Origin: Candidatus Eiseniibacteriota bacterium
Lineage (GTDB): Bacteria > Eisenbacteria > RBG-16-71-46 > JABDJR01
Assembly: GCA_963768615.1 (NCBI GenBank)
Contig: CAVYIE010000007.1
Span: 653,181-717,180, forward strand
DNA length: 64,000 nucleotides
Direction: 5' to 3'
Part shown: in pieces, positions 37,813 to 47,212 of the stretch
Layout of the letters: each line of letters opens with the position of its first letter
Position numbering within the stretch: position 1 is the stretch's first letter
The notes under the pieces: generated by a model
The model's database searches: none
The model's input: only the letters and a program-made list of their open reading frames with translations
Told to the model about the DNA's origin: nothing
Translations under genes and position numbers: made by a program

Positions 37813-38202
37813 CTACAACCCCCCCGCGCCGTCGGGGCGCTCACGCAGGTCCTTGAGCACCAGCTTGAGCTCGCGCTTCACCTCCAGCAGGAGAGCGGCC
37901 CGGTCCACGTCGTTGAAGGTCAGCTCGAGCTGGGACCGGATGGCGTCCTTCTCCGAGGTCAGTTTCTTCTTGGCCCCGGCGATGGTGAACCCCTTGTCGT
38001 AGAGGAGTTCCTTGATGAGGCCGATGAGCTTCAGGTCCTCGTGGGTGTACATGCGGTTCCCGGCCTTGTTCTTCCGGGGGCGAAGCATGCGGAACTGGCT
38101 CTCCCAGTAGCGGAGGACGTGGGGCTTGACCCGGGTGATGCCGGACGCTTCGCTGATGGAGTAGTACTTCTTGGTGTCCGCCGCCTTGGCCTTCTTCTTC
38201 AT
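37813..38202 (-). CDS. MerR-family transcriptional regulator
   Basis: 129 aa with an N-terminal HTH (YYSISEASGITRVKPHVLRYWESQF) and a C-terminal coiled coil. Confidence 0.85.
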   Translation of the reverse strand: MKKKAKAADTKKYYSISEASGITRVKPHVLRYWESQFRMLRPRKNKAGNRMYTHEDLKLIGLIKELLYDKGFTIAGAKKKLTSEKDAIRSQLELTFNDVDRAALLLEVKRELKLVLKDLRERPDGAGGL

Positions 38203-39221
38203 GCGCTCCCCCTCGGTGTCCCGGCGGAAGCCGGATCCTCGGCCTTGGGCTCCCGCGTCATCAGGGTGCGGATGGCCCCAGACGGATCCTCTCCCTCGAA
38301 CAACACCGCGTACACGCGATCCACGATCGGCATCTCCGTCCCCAGGCGCCGGGCCAGGTCCCGGGCCGCGCGGACGGTGGTGACCCCTTCGGCCACCATG
38401 CTCATTCCCGCCAGCACCGACTCCAGCGATTCCCCCCGGCCCACCGCCTCCCCCACCCGGCGGTTCCGGCTGTGGCGGCTGGCGCAGGTGGTGACCAGGT
38501 CCCCCACCCCGGCCAGGCCGTAGAAGGTCTCCGGCCGGGCGCCTCGGGCCGCCCCCAGCCGGGTCATCTCGGCCAGGCCCCGGGTGACCAGCGCCCCCAG
38601 GGTGTTGTCCCCCAGGCCCAGGCCGGCGGCGATCCCCGCGGCCAGGGCGATCACGTTCTTGAGCGAGACGGCCAGCTCCACCCCGACCACGTCGTCGTTG
38701 GTGTAGACCCGGAGCGTCTCGTCCGAGAAGAGGTCCTGGGCGGTGCGGGCCGCGTCGGGGCTCACCGAGGCCGCCACCAGCGCGGTCGGCATCTGCCGGG
38801 CCACCTCCTCGGCGTGGCTGGGCCCGACCAGGGACACGGCCGGCTGCTCCGGCCCCAGCTCCTCACTCAGGACCTGAAGCATAAGCTCCAAGGTGCCGAC
38901 TTCCAAGCCCTTGGCCGCATTGATGACCGGGACGGGCAGGAGCTCCGGGGCCAGTCCCCGGGCCACCTCCCGAACCGCGAAGCTGGGCACGGCCAGCACC
39001 ACCGCCTCGGCTTCCCGCACCGCCTCCGTGGGGGTGTCCACGATCCGGACCGACTCCGGCAGGGCCAGGCCGGGAAGGTACTTCCGGTTCTCCCGGTCCC
39101 GGGCCAGCGCGGCCCGCTGGCCGGGGTCGTGGGTCCATCCCCGCACCGCGTGGCCGTTCCCGGCCAGCCGCGCGGCCAGGGCGGTGCCCCAGGAGCCCAG
39201 TCCCACCACCGCCGTCCTCAT
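38199..39221 (-). CDS. gpsA: Glycerol-3-phosphate dehydrogenase [NAD(P)+]
   Basis: MRTAVVGLGSWGTALA...SLKNVIALAAGIAAGLGLGDNTLGALVTRGLAEM. ATG at 39221. Confidence 0.95.
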   Translation of the reverse strand: MRTAVVGLGSWGTALAARLAGNGHAVRGWTHDPGQRAALARDRENRKYLPGLALPESVRIVDTPTEAVREAEAVVLAVPSFAVREVARGLAPELLPVPVINAAKGLEVGTLELMLQVLSEELGPEQPAVSLVGPSHAEEVARQMPTALVAASVSPDAARTAQDLFSDETLRVYTNDDVVGVELAVSLKNVIALAAGIAAGLGLGDNTLGALVTRGLAEMTRLGAARGARPETFYGLAGVGDLVTTCASRHSRNRRVGEAVGRGESLESVLAGMSMVAEGVTTVRAARDLARRLGTEMPIVDRVYAVLFEGEDPSGAIRTLMTREPKAEDPASAGTPRGSA

Positions 39222-39886
39222 CGGCCGTCCTCCTTCCCCTCCGGGGCCGCGCCTCCCCCGGGGGTCTCGGGGCGGTGCTCCCACAGGGCCTGCTCGCGTC
39301 CCTCGGCCACCCGCCGCCAGTTAGAGCGGTGCCGGACGAGCACCAGCGCGGCCAGGAGGAGGGAGAGGGCCAGGACCCAGGGGTAGCGGGGCCCGAGATC
39401 GTCCCGGGTCAGCACCACCATGACCGGAAGCAGGGCGGCCGCGATCCCCGAGGCCACCGAGACCCATCCCCCGAGGACCAGGGCCCCGAACCAGGCCGCG
39501 AAGGCAAGGAGGGCGGCCTCGGGGGCCAGGCCGAGGAAGATCCCCAGGCCGGTGGCCACGCCCTTCCCCCCCTTCATGCCCGCGAAGGGGGTGAACATGT
39601 GCCCGGCCACCGCGGCCAGGCCGGCCAGGGCGGGAAGCGCGCCGGCGGCCTGGGGCGGGGCCAGGGCCCGGGCCAGGACCACGGCCAGGGTGCCCTTGCC
39701 GATGTCCAGGAGGAGCACCCCCACCCCCCATTTCCAACCCAACACCCGGTAGACGTTGGTGGCACCGAGATTCCCGCTGCCGTGGCGCCGGAGATCGGTG
39801 CCGTGGAGTCGTCCCACCCACAGGCTCCAGGCCAGCGACCCCAGGAGATAGCCCAGGACCAGGACCAGGACCGCGCGGAGGATCAT
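39218..39886 (-). CDS. plsY: Glycerol-3-phosphate acyltransferase PlsY
   Basis: 222 aa MILRAVLVLVLGYLLGS...GSGNLGATNVYRVLG...FKGGKGVATG. Confidence 0.9.
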   Translation of the reverse strand: MILRAVLVLVLGYLLGSLAWSLWVGRLHGTDLRRHGSGNLGATNVYRVLGWKWGVGVLLLDIGKGTLAVVLARALAPPQAAGALPALAGLAAVAGHMFTPFAGMKGGKGVATGLGIFLGLAPEAALLAFAAWFGALVLGGWVSVASGIAAALLPVMVVLTRDDLGPRYPWVLALSLLLAALVLVRHRSNWRRVAEGREQALWEHRPETPGGGAAPEGKEDGR

Positions 39887-41208
39887 CGCCGGGCCCGGAA
39901 GTCCAGCCGGAGCGGGGCGGCGCGGAATTCCAGCCGCTCCCGGAAGAGGTTGCGAAGGTAGCTGCGGTAGGCGGCGGGAATCTCCTCCGGTTCGTTGACG
40001 AAGACGGCGAAGGTGGGGGGCGAGTCCGCGGTCTGGGTCATGTAGTAGAGCTTGAGCGGCTTGCCGTTCTTCCGCATGGGGGGCTGGAGCCGGTCGGTGG
40101 CCTCCTTGAGGAGGTCGTTGAGCACGCTGGTGGTGATGCGCCGGCGGCGCTCCTCGTAGAGCTCGCGAACCAGGGGGGGAATGCGGCTCACCCGCTGCCC
40201 GGTGACCGCGGATACGAACAGGACCGGGGATTCCGCCATGAGCGGGAACTTCTCCCGCACCAGCTTCATGAAGGTCCCGGTGGTGTGGGTGTCCTTGTCC
40301 ACCAGGTCCCACTTGTTGAAGAGGATCACCGCCGACTTCCCCAGATCCAGGATCATGGAGGCGATGCGGGCGTCCTGGGCGGTGATGGGATCGATCGCGT
40401 CGATGACCAGCAGCGCCACGTCGCTCCGCTCCAGGCTCCGCCGGGTCCGCACCGCGGAGTAGTATTCCACCCCCTTGGCCACGTGGCTCCGGCGGCGGAG
40501 GCCGGCGGTATCCACGAGCAGGAACTCGCTCCCGTCGTAGCGGAAGGGAACGTCCACCGCGTCCCGGGTGGTTCCGGCCTCGTGGTGCACGATCAGGCGG
40601 GACTCGCCGAGGAGCCGGTTGGCCAGGCTGGACTTGCCCACGTTGGGCCGGCCGACCAGGGTGACGTGGATGACGTCCCCGTCCTCCTCCTGGGGATCGC
40701 GACGGGGCAGGCGCTCCACCACCGCGTCCAGGAGATCCCCCACCCCGCGGCCGTGCTGGCCGGAGAGCATGAGCGGGGTGCCGAAGCCCAGCTCGGCCCC
40801 CTCCGCCGCGGCCAGCTCCTGCTTGGGAGCCTCGACCTTGTTGGCGACCAGGAGCACCTTCTCCGCGTGGGGGCGGAGCTCGGCGGCGATCTCCCGGTCG
40901 AGGGCGGTGACCCCTTCCCGGGCGTCGATGAGGAAGAGGATGAGGGCGGCCTCCCCGAGGGCCATCCCGGCCTGCTCGCGAATGGCCGCCTCCATGGCGT
41001 CCCGGGTGTCGGGCACCAGGCCCCCGGTGTCCATGAGCCGGAAAGGAACCGCGTTCCAGGAGGACTCCGCCTCCCGGCGGTCGCGGGTCACCCCGGGGAG
41101 GTCGTCCACCACCGCCTCGGCGCCGCCCACGATGCGGTTGAACAGGGTGGACTTCCCCACGTTGGGACGCCCCACCACCGCCACCAGGGGGAGCCGCTGC
41201 CGCCTCAC
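39883..41208 (-). CDS. der: Ribosome-associated GTPase Der (EngA), tandem GTPase domains
   Basis: GTG start at 41208 after GGAG. Two G domains (VAVVGRPNVGKSTLFN... and VTLVGRPNVGKSSLAN...) plus a KH-like C-terminus. The upstream 360 aa of ORF 39883..42291 is an artefact. Confidence 0.95.
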   Translation of the reverse strand: MRRQRLPLVAVVGRPNVGKSTLFNRIVGGAEAVVDDLPGVTRDRREAESSWNAVPFRLMDTGGLVPDTRDAMEAAIREQAGMALGEAALILFLIDAREGVTALDREIAAELRPHAEKVLLVANKVEAPKQELAAAEGAELGFGTPLMLSGQHGRGVGDLLDAVVERLPRRDPQEEDGDVIHVTLVGRPNVGKSSLANRLLGESRLIVHHEAGTTRDAVDVPFRYDGSEFLLVDTAGLRRRSHVAKGVEYYSAVRTRRSLERSDVALLVIDAIDPITAQDARIASMILDLGKSAVILFNKWDLVDKDTHTTGTFMKLVREKFPLMAESPVLFVSAVTGQRVSRIPPLVRELYEERRRRITTSVLNDLLKEATDRLQPPMRKNGKPLKLYYMTQTADSPPTFAVFVNEPEEIPAAYRSYLRNLFRERLEFRAAPLRLDFRARR

Positions 41209-42575
41209 GGGGAGTACTCCGCGACCAGGGCGGCGATGCCGGGGTCCTCGAAGGCGTCCTCCGGGTCCTCGGCCACGGCGAACAGGGGGTGCCAGCCGGG
41301 CACGACCCCGACCCCCAGCTCGCCGGCCAGGTCCTCCGGGGAGAGATCGTCCAGGAACACCCCGTCCTCGTTCACCGATTCGTCGGGGACCAGGACCAGG
41401 TCCCCGGGGGCCACCCGGGGACGGGCCGCCTCCAGGAGGTCCCGGCCGCCCAGGAGGCCGGCCACGGTGGTGGGGCGGCCGAAGAGCCGGTTCTCCACCG
41501 GGATCATCTCCAGGTCGATCCCGGGGAGGCGGCGTCCGAGGCGGGGAAGCGCGTTGCGGAGCACCGGGGCGAAGCTCTCCCCGGTCAGGATCCACACCCG
41601 GCGGATGCCCCGCCCGGCGAGTTCCGCGCCCCGCGGTTCGGCCCCCTCCAGGAAGTCCAGGGTGCTCCGGACCAGGCCCACCCCGTTCTCGCGCTGGCCG
41701 AAGCCCTCGTAGTAGCTCGCGGGAGGGATGGGCTTTCCGGCCTGGATGACCAGCTCGTCGGCCACGAAGCAGAAGCGGGTGCCCAGCCGGCGCTGCATGG
41801 CCCGTCCGTAGCGGCGGACCTCCTCGGCGATGCGGCGGGCCTCGGCCCGGTCGAAGGTGCGCATCTCGGGAAGGTCGGTGCGGTGGGCGGTGAGGCCCAC
41901 CGGCACCACCGACACCGAGCGGACCCCGGGGTGGTACCCGGCGAGACCGAACACCGTCTCCCGCAGCACCTCGCCGTCGTTGATCCCCGGCACGGCCACG
42001 ATCTGGGTGTGGATCTCGATGCCTCCGGCGATGAGCTGCTCCAGGCGGCGGCGGATCTCCCCCGCCCGCTTGCTGACCAGGAGGCGCGCGCGCACCTCGG
42101 GGTCCAGGGCGTGCACCGAGACGTACAGCGGCGAGAGCTCCTGTTCGATGATCCGTTCGAACTCCCACTCCTTGAGATTGGTGAGGGTCACGAAGTGACC
42201 GTGGAGATAGGAGTAGCGATAGTCGTCGTCGCGGTAGTAGAGGCTGCGGCGGAGCCCCTGGGGAAGCTGGTCCACGAAGCAGAACGGACAATCGTTGCCG
42301 CAGATCCGGATCCGCGGCTCGGCGAAGCGGAGGCCGAGGGGCCGGCCGTAGACGCGGTGGATGTGCACCCGGTGGGGATTGCCGAAGGCCCGGGGACGGT
42401 CGGGGAGCGGCTCCTCCACGGTGAGGTCCAGCTCCTCCTCCCCCAGCCAGAGATGGAGGTCGAGGAAGTCCCGGACCTCGCGGCCGTTGACCGCGGCCAC
42501 CCGGGCGCCGGGTGCCAGCCCGGCCTCGTCGGCCAGGGACCCGGGGGCGACGGAGAGGATTTCCACGACGGCGAC
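41205..42575 (-). CDS. DUF512 protein: N-terminal PDZ domain plus radical-SAM-like domain (COG1625)
   Basis: PDZ domain (VAVVEILSVAPGSLADEAGLAPGARVAAVNGREV) followed by CGNDCPFC (CxxxCxxC). The start is uncertain: the ORF begins at TTG 42638, and a GTG near 42575 is also plausible. Confidence 0.7.
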   Translation of the reverse strand, partial: VAVVEILSVAPGSLADEAGLAPGARVAAVNGREVRDFLDLHLWLGEEELDLTVEEPLPDRPRAFGNPHRVHIHRVYGRPLGLRFAEPRIRICGNDCPFCFVDQLPQGLRRSLYYRDDDYRYSYLHGHFVTLTNLKEWEFERIIEQELSPLYVSVHALDPEVRARLLVSKRAGEIRRRLEQLIAGGIEIHTQIVAVPGINDGEVLRETVFGLAGYHPGVRSVSVVPVGLTAHRTDLPEMRTFDRAEARRIAEEVRRYGRAMQRRLGTRFCFVADELVIQAGKPIPPASYYEGFGQRENGVGLVRSTLDFLEGAEPRGAELAGRGIRRVWILTGESFAPVLRNALPRLGRRLPGIDLEMIPVENRLFGRPTTVAGLLGGRDLLEAARPRVAPGDLVLVPDESVNEDGVFLDDLSPEDLAGELGVGVVPGWHPLFAVAEDPEDAFEDPGIAALVAEYSP

Positions 42576-42760
42576 TCCGATCCGAGGAGCCGGCGGGCCC
42601 GGCTCCTCCGGGAAACGGCCGGAGGACAACTTGACCAAGCGATTAAGTGCAAGTAGTCAAAAAGATTACGGCCGCCCTGTCAAGTGGTATCTCGCCACCG
42701 GGAGCCGGCCGGGCTGCGGGGGAACCCCGGGGGGCCGGACCGGCTTCCAGGGGGGAGGAT

Positions 42761-42836
42761 TGGAGCGGGCGACCGGGTTCGAACCGGCGACATTCAGCTT
42801 GGGAAGCTGACACTCTACCAACTGAGTTACGCCCGC
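42761..42836 (-). tRNA. tRNA-Gly (anticodon CCC)
   Basis: Manual cloverleaf: GCGGGCG-TA-ACTC-AGTTGGTA-GAGT-G-TCAGC-TTCCCAA-GCTGA-ATGTC-GCCGG-TTCGAAC-CCGGT-CGCCCGC-T-CCA. Confidence 0.9.
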
Positions 42837-42944
42837 CCAGTCGTTCGGCAGGGAGAGATTGAACCCGATACCGGGAGCCGGTGTCAAGCATCCTCGCGCG
42901 GAGAGCCCTCCGCTCCCCCCCCGCCCTCCCCCGGACGGCCGCGT

Positions 42945-43874
42945 CTAGGCCGGCCCGCGGCCCCACACCGTGAGCGCGCGCTCGGCGGTGGTCTCCGCGG
43001 GTTCGTCCGGGGCCACGTGGAGCCAGTGGGCGTCGGTGAGGCTCCGGAACCAGGTGCGCTGGCGCTTGGTGAAGCGGCGGGTGTTGACCACCACCTCCTC
43101 GATCCACGCGCCCCGGGCCATCTCCCCGCGCAGGTAGCGGAGGGTCTCGGCGTAGCCCACGCTCTTCAGGGCCATGGTTCCGGCATCGAGCCCCCGGTCG
43201 AGGAGCGCCTGCACCTCCGCCTCCAGCCCGGCATGGACCATGGCCTCCACCCGGACCCGGATCCGGCTCTCCAGGTCCGCCCGGTCCCGGTCCAGGATCA
43301 CGATCTTCGCCGGGATCTCGGTCTCTCGTCCCCTGGTCCGGAGCTCGCTGGTGGGGCGCCCGCTCAGGGTCATGATCTCCAGCGCCCGCAGGATGCGCTG
43401 GCCGTCCCGGGGCGAGACCCCCTCCGCGGTCTCGGGGTCCAGACGGGCCAGCTCCACGTAGAGCGCCTCCACCCCCTCCCGGTCCAGCCGGTCCCGCAGC
43501 TCCCCCCGGAGACGTTCGTCGTGAGGCAGCTCCTCGTCGAGGCCGCCGAGGGCGGCCCGGAGGTAGAGCCCGGAGCCCCCGACCAGGAGCGGCACCTTCC
43601 CCGCGGAGACGATGTGCTCCACCGCGGCCCGGGCCCTCCGCCCGAACTCCCCCGCGGTCATGGTCTCCTCCGGCGGCACCTCCCCCACCAGGTGGTGCGG
43701 GATCCGGGCCCGTTCCTCGAGGGTGGGGGCGGCGCTTCCGATCTCCAGTCCCTGGTAGATCTGGCGCGAATCCACGGAAACGATCTCGGCGTCGAGGGCG
43801 GCGGCCAGGGGCAGGCTGACTGCGGTCTTTCCCGAGGCGGTGGGGCCCAGGAGCGCGAACAGCGGCTCGGTCAT
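42945..43874 (-). CDS. miaA: tRNA dimethylallyltransferase
   Basis: 309 aa LLGPTASGKTAVSLPLAAALDAEIVSVDSRQIYQGLEIGSAAPT. Confidence 0.95.
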   Translation of the reverse strand: MTEPLFALLGPTASGKTAVSLPLAAALDAEIVSVDSRQIYQGLEIGSAAPTLEERARIPHHLVGEVPPEETMTAGEFGRRARAAVEHIVSAGKVPLLVGGSGLYLRAALGGLDEELPHDERLRGELRDRLDREGVEALYVELARLDPETAEGVSPRDGQRILRALEIMTLSGRPTSELRTRGRETEIPAKIVILDRDRADLESRIRVRVEAMVHAGLEAEVQALLDRGLDAGTMALKSVGYAETLRYLRGEMARGAWIEEVVVNTRRFTKRQRTWFRSLTDAHWLHVAPDEPAETTAERALTVWGRGPA

Positions 43875-43989
43875 GGCGATCCCTCCCGGAGGGTGGGGCT
43901 ACCCATCCATCCTGCCCCAAGCGGGAAGGAAGTGCAATCGGGGGGGGCGGTCCGTCCGGGCCTCCCCCGGGCGGGCCGGCCCGCGGGCC

Positions 43990-45801
43990 TCAGCCCGAGC
44001 GGCCGAACCGGCGGTGGAGATCGGTGAGCGGCACCCGGAGGAAGACCGGGCGTCCGTGGGGATCGCCCTGGGGCTTGTGGGTGGCGAAGAGCTGGTCCAC
44101 CAGGCCGTTCATCTCCTCCAGGGTCAACCGCTGCCCCGCCTTGACCGCGCCCTGGCAGGCCACCGCCCGCGCCACCCGCTCGGTGACGTCGAGATGGGTG
44201 GGGAGATCGGCCACGTGGTCGAGCACGTCCCGGAGCAGCGCCCCGTGGCGCCACTCCCGCAGCCCGGCGGGGATGGCGTGGACCAGCACCGTGGTCCCGC
44301 CGAAGACCTCCAGGTGGAAACCCAGCTTCTCCAGCACCGCGTGGGCCTCGAGGAGCAGGGAGAACTCGTCGTGGGTGAGATCCACGGTGAGGGGGAACAG
44401 GAGCTCCTGGCTGGGAGCGGCCGAGCCTTCCAGCCGCAGCATGGCCTGCTCGAAGAGGACCCGCTCGTGGGCCGCATGCTGGTCGATGACGAGGAGCGCC
44501 CCCTCGATCGCGGCCAGGATGTAGGTGCGGTGGAGCTGCCAGAGATTGGCCAGGACCGGGGCTTCCTCCTCCAGGTCCCCGGACACGCCCTCGCCCTCCG
44601 GGGCCGGGGCGGCTGCGCCCAGGGGGGGCATGGGGAGCACCCGCGCCGGGCCGTCCGGCCGCTCCCCGGCCTCGGCCACCCGGCCCCCGCCGCCCAGCGG
44701 CGGGACGGGAAACTGCATCAAGCCCTGGGGCGAGGCTCCCGGACCGGCCTCGCCGGAACCGGGCGCGCTCTCCGTCCCCCGCCGCCCCAGTTCCAGGGCG
44801 GGGAAGTGCCCTTCCACCCGGTCGCGCAGGAGCCGGATGAGCCGCGGATAGAGGTCACGCTCGCGCAGGAGCCGCACCTCGCGCTTGGTGGGATGGACGT
44901 TCACGTCCACCTCCTCCGGAGGGAGGCGCAGGTGCAGCACGCCCTCGGGATGGCGCGTCGGCGGAATGAGGTCGGAGTAGGCCTCGCGCACCGCCACCTT
45001 GAGCACCGGACTCTGGATCCAGCGTCCATTCAACAGGAAGATCTGGTGGGTACCCCGGGCCCGCGAATCCTCCGGGGCGCCCAGGAACCCCTCCAGGGCC
45101 AGGTCCGCGGACTCCTCCAGCACCGGGACCATGCGCGCGGTCTTCTCCCGGCCCAGCACCTGGGCCGTCCGTTCGTGGAGATCGGCGGCGGGGGGGAGGT
45201 TCAGGGACTCCCGGCCCTCCAGGGTGAGCACCAGGTGCACCTCGGGGCGGGCCAGGGCGTAGGCCTGCAGGAGCTGGGAGATGTAGCGGATCTCGTAGGG
45301 CTCGCTCTTCTGGTAGCGGCGGCGGACGGGGGTGTTGAAGAAGAGGTCGCGCACCTCCACCGTGGTCCCGGTGGCGCGGGCGGCGGGGCGCACGGCCCCG
45401 ATCCGGCCCCCTTCCACCGCGATCTCGGCCCCGGTCTCGGCGTCGGCGGTCCGGCTGAGGATGCGGAGCCGCGACACCGCGCCGACGGCGGCCAGCCCCT
45501 CGCCGCGGAACCCGAGGGAGGCGATGTGGACCAGGTCGTCGGAGTCCCCGATCTTGCTGGTGGCGTGGCGCTGCACGGCCAAAGCGAGCTGGTCGGCGGG
45601 GATGCCCGCCCCGTCGTCGGAGACCCGGATCAGCCCGCCCAGCTTCCCCTCCACCGCCACCTCCACCCGGCCCGCGCCGGCGTCGAGGGCGTTCTCCAGG
45701 AGCTCCTTCACCACCGATCCCGGACGCTCCACCACCTCCCCGGCCGCGATCCGTCCTACCAGGTCGTCGGGCAGGACCCGGATCGTTCCCGCACCTACCA
45801 A
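43990..45801 (-). CDS. mutL: DNA mismatch repair protein MutL
   Basis: The N-terminus GTIRVLPDDLVGRIAAGEVVERPGSVVKELLENALDAGA is the GHKL ATPase. The C-terminal dimerisation domain includes ...QHAAHERVLFEQ.... Likely TTG start at 45801 after GGAGGA. The upstream part of ORF 43990..46380 is an artefact. Confidence 0.9.
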   Translation of the reverse strand: MVGAGTIRVLPDDLVGRIAAGEVVERPGSVVKELLENALDAGAGRVEVAVEGKLGGLIRVSDDGAGIPADQLALAVQRHATSKIGDSDDLVHIASLGFRGEGLAAVGAVSRLRILSRTADAETGAEIAVEGGRIGAVRPAARATGTTVEVRDLFFNTPVRRRYQKSEPYEIRYISQLLQAYALARPEVHLVLTLEGRESLNLPPAADLHERTAQVLGREKTARMVPVLEESADLALEGFLGAPEDSRARGTHQIFLLNGRWIQSPVLKVAVREAYSDLIPPTRHPEGVLHLRLPPEEVDVNVHPTKREVRLLRERDLYPRLIRLLRDRVEGHFPALELGRRGTESAPGSGEAGPGASPQGLMQFPVPPLGGGGRVAEAGERPDGPARVLPMPPLGAAAPAPEGEGVSGDLEEEAPVLANLWQLHRTYILAAIEGALLVIDQHAAHERVLFEQAMLRLEGSAAPSQELLFPLTVDLTHDEFSLLLEAHAVLEKLGFHLEVFGGTTVLVHAIPAGLREWRHGALLRDVLDHVADLPTHLDVTERVARAVACQGAVKAGQRLTLEEMNGLVDQLFATHKPQGDPHGRPVFLRVPLTDLHRRFGRSG

Positions 45802-47189
45802 GAGAGTTCCTCCCCGGCCAGGGCCAGCTCCACCCGACGCAGGGTCAGGGGCCAATGAGGATCGTCCCCGCCGCCGGCGAGATGGAGCCGGACCCCGGGG
45901 GTGGGTTCCCAGCGCCGCCAGGGGGAGCCTTCGCCCTCGAAGGTGGCGGCGAAGAGCGCCGAGGGCAGGATGAAGCTCCCGGTGAATCCGACCCCGGTCC
46001 CCCGGGCCTCCACCAGCTTCCAGCCCGCCCCTTCCCGGCGCCAGAAGAGGGCGGTCTCCGCGCCCAGGGCGGCCAGGACCGGACGGGCCCAGGCGGCCAG
46101 CCCGGCGCCGTCGGCGTGGGGATCGGGCAGGCCGTGGGCGGCCAGCTCGTGGGCCTGCCGGCGCCAGCGCATGAGATCGCGGAGCGCCATGTCCTCGGCC
46201 ACCCGGGTGAGGGCGGCCACGGGAAGCCGGGCCGCGCCCTCCCCGGCGCCGGTGAGCCGGAAACGGCCCCAGCTCGCGGGCACGTCGATGCCTTCCCCCG
46301 GCCCCTCCTTCCCCCGCTCCGCCGGAGCCACCCCGGTCCACACCCAGGGGACCCACACGTCGGTGGTGCCGTTCCACCACAGGGTGACCGCCCGGTCACG
46401 CCCCAGGGCGCTCTCGACCAGGTAGCGGAAGGAGGCCTCGGGGTGCTCCCACACCTCCACCCCGGCCCGCCCGGGTGCGGTGGATCGCGAGGCGTCGCCC
46501 GGGGCGCCGGGAGTTCCGGGGGGCGCCCCGGCCGGCGGCGCCGCGGGCGCCGCTCCGGCGGCGGGGCTCGTCGGCGCGGCGGGGGGGGTCGGCGCGGCCG
46601 GAGGGGTCGGCGCGGCGGGAGGGGCGGGCGCGGACCCGGCCGGCCGATCGTCGGCTCCCGGCTCCGCGGCTCGTCCCTCCGAGGCCCCCCGGCCCGGCCT
46701 CGGGCCTCCGCCTCCCTGCTCGACGGCATCGCCGTCGTGCATTGCCGCCACGTAAGTTTCCGCGTGGACTTCATGTCCGTTCGAGTGCTCCGAGATCGCG
46801 GCGGCGACCCCCGCCTCGGCGGGGGCGGGCGTTTCCGCGGCCGCGCTCCGGGCCCGGGCCACCCGCGCCCGCTCCAGGATCTCCTCCAGACCCTGCCCCT
46901 CCCGGCCCAGGGCGGTGGGGAGAATCAGCGTCGCCCCCGCCTTGCGGAAGGGATCGATCCACTCGGCCAGGGCGGCCACGTTCCCCGGCGGGACCACCAC
47001 CACGTCCTCGGGCCGGGGACGGGGGGCCTCGGTCAGGGCCGGGTACTGGGCCACCGCGGCCAGGCGGAGGAGAAGGGCCTCCGGATCCGGGTGCACGGCC
47101 AGCACTTCGGGCCGGGGGTTCATGCGGGATATGCGGGAGAGAACGTCCACGTCCCGGTCGCCGAGGCCGAGCAGGATGAGTCTGGGCAT
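45795..47189 (-). CDS. Hypothetical protein with a Pro/Ala-rich repeat linker
   Basis: ATG at 47189 (MPRLILLGLGDRDVDVLSRI...). 464 aa: an N-domain of about 130 aa, a low-complexity linker PAPPAAPTPPAAPTPPAAPTSPAAGAAPAAPPAGAPPGTPGAPG, and a C-domain of about 220 aa. No recognised family. Confidence 0.55.
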   Translation of the reverse strand: MPRLILLGLGDRDVDVLSRISRMNPRPEVLAVHPDPEALLLRLAAVAQYPALTEAPRPRPEDVVVVPPGNVAALAEWIDPFRKAGATLILPTALGREGQGLEEILERARVARARSAAAETPAPAEAGVAAAISEHSNGHEVHAETYVAAMHDGDAVEQGGGGPRPGRGASEGRAAEPGADDRPAGSAPAPPAAPTPPAAPTPPAAPTSPAAGAAPAAPPAGAPPGTPGAPGDASRSTAPGRAGVEVWEHPEASFRYLVESALGRDRAVTLWWNGTTDVWVPWVWTGVAPAERGKEGPGEGIDVPASWGRFRLTGAGEGAARLPVAALTRVAEDMALRDLMRWRRQAHELAAHGLPDPHADGAGLAAWARPVLAALGAETALFWRREGAGWKLVEARGTGVGFTGSFILPSALFAATFEGEGSPWRRWEPTPGVRLHLAGGGDDPHWPLTLRRVELALAGEELSW

Positions 47190-47212
47190 GGTTGCATCTC
47201 CAGGGTGCGGAA

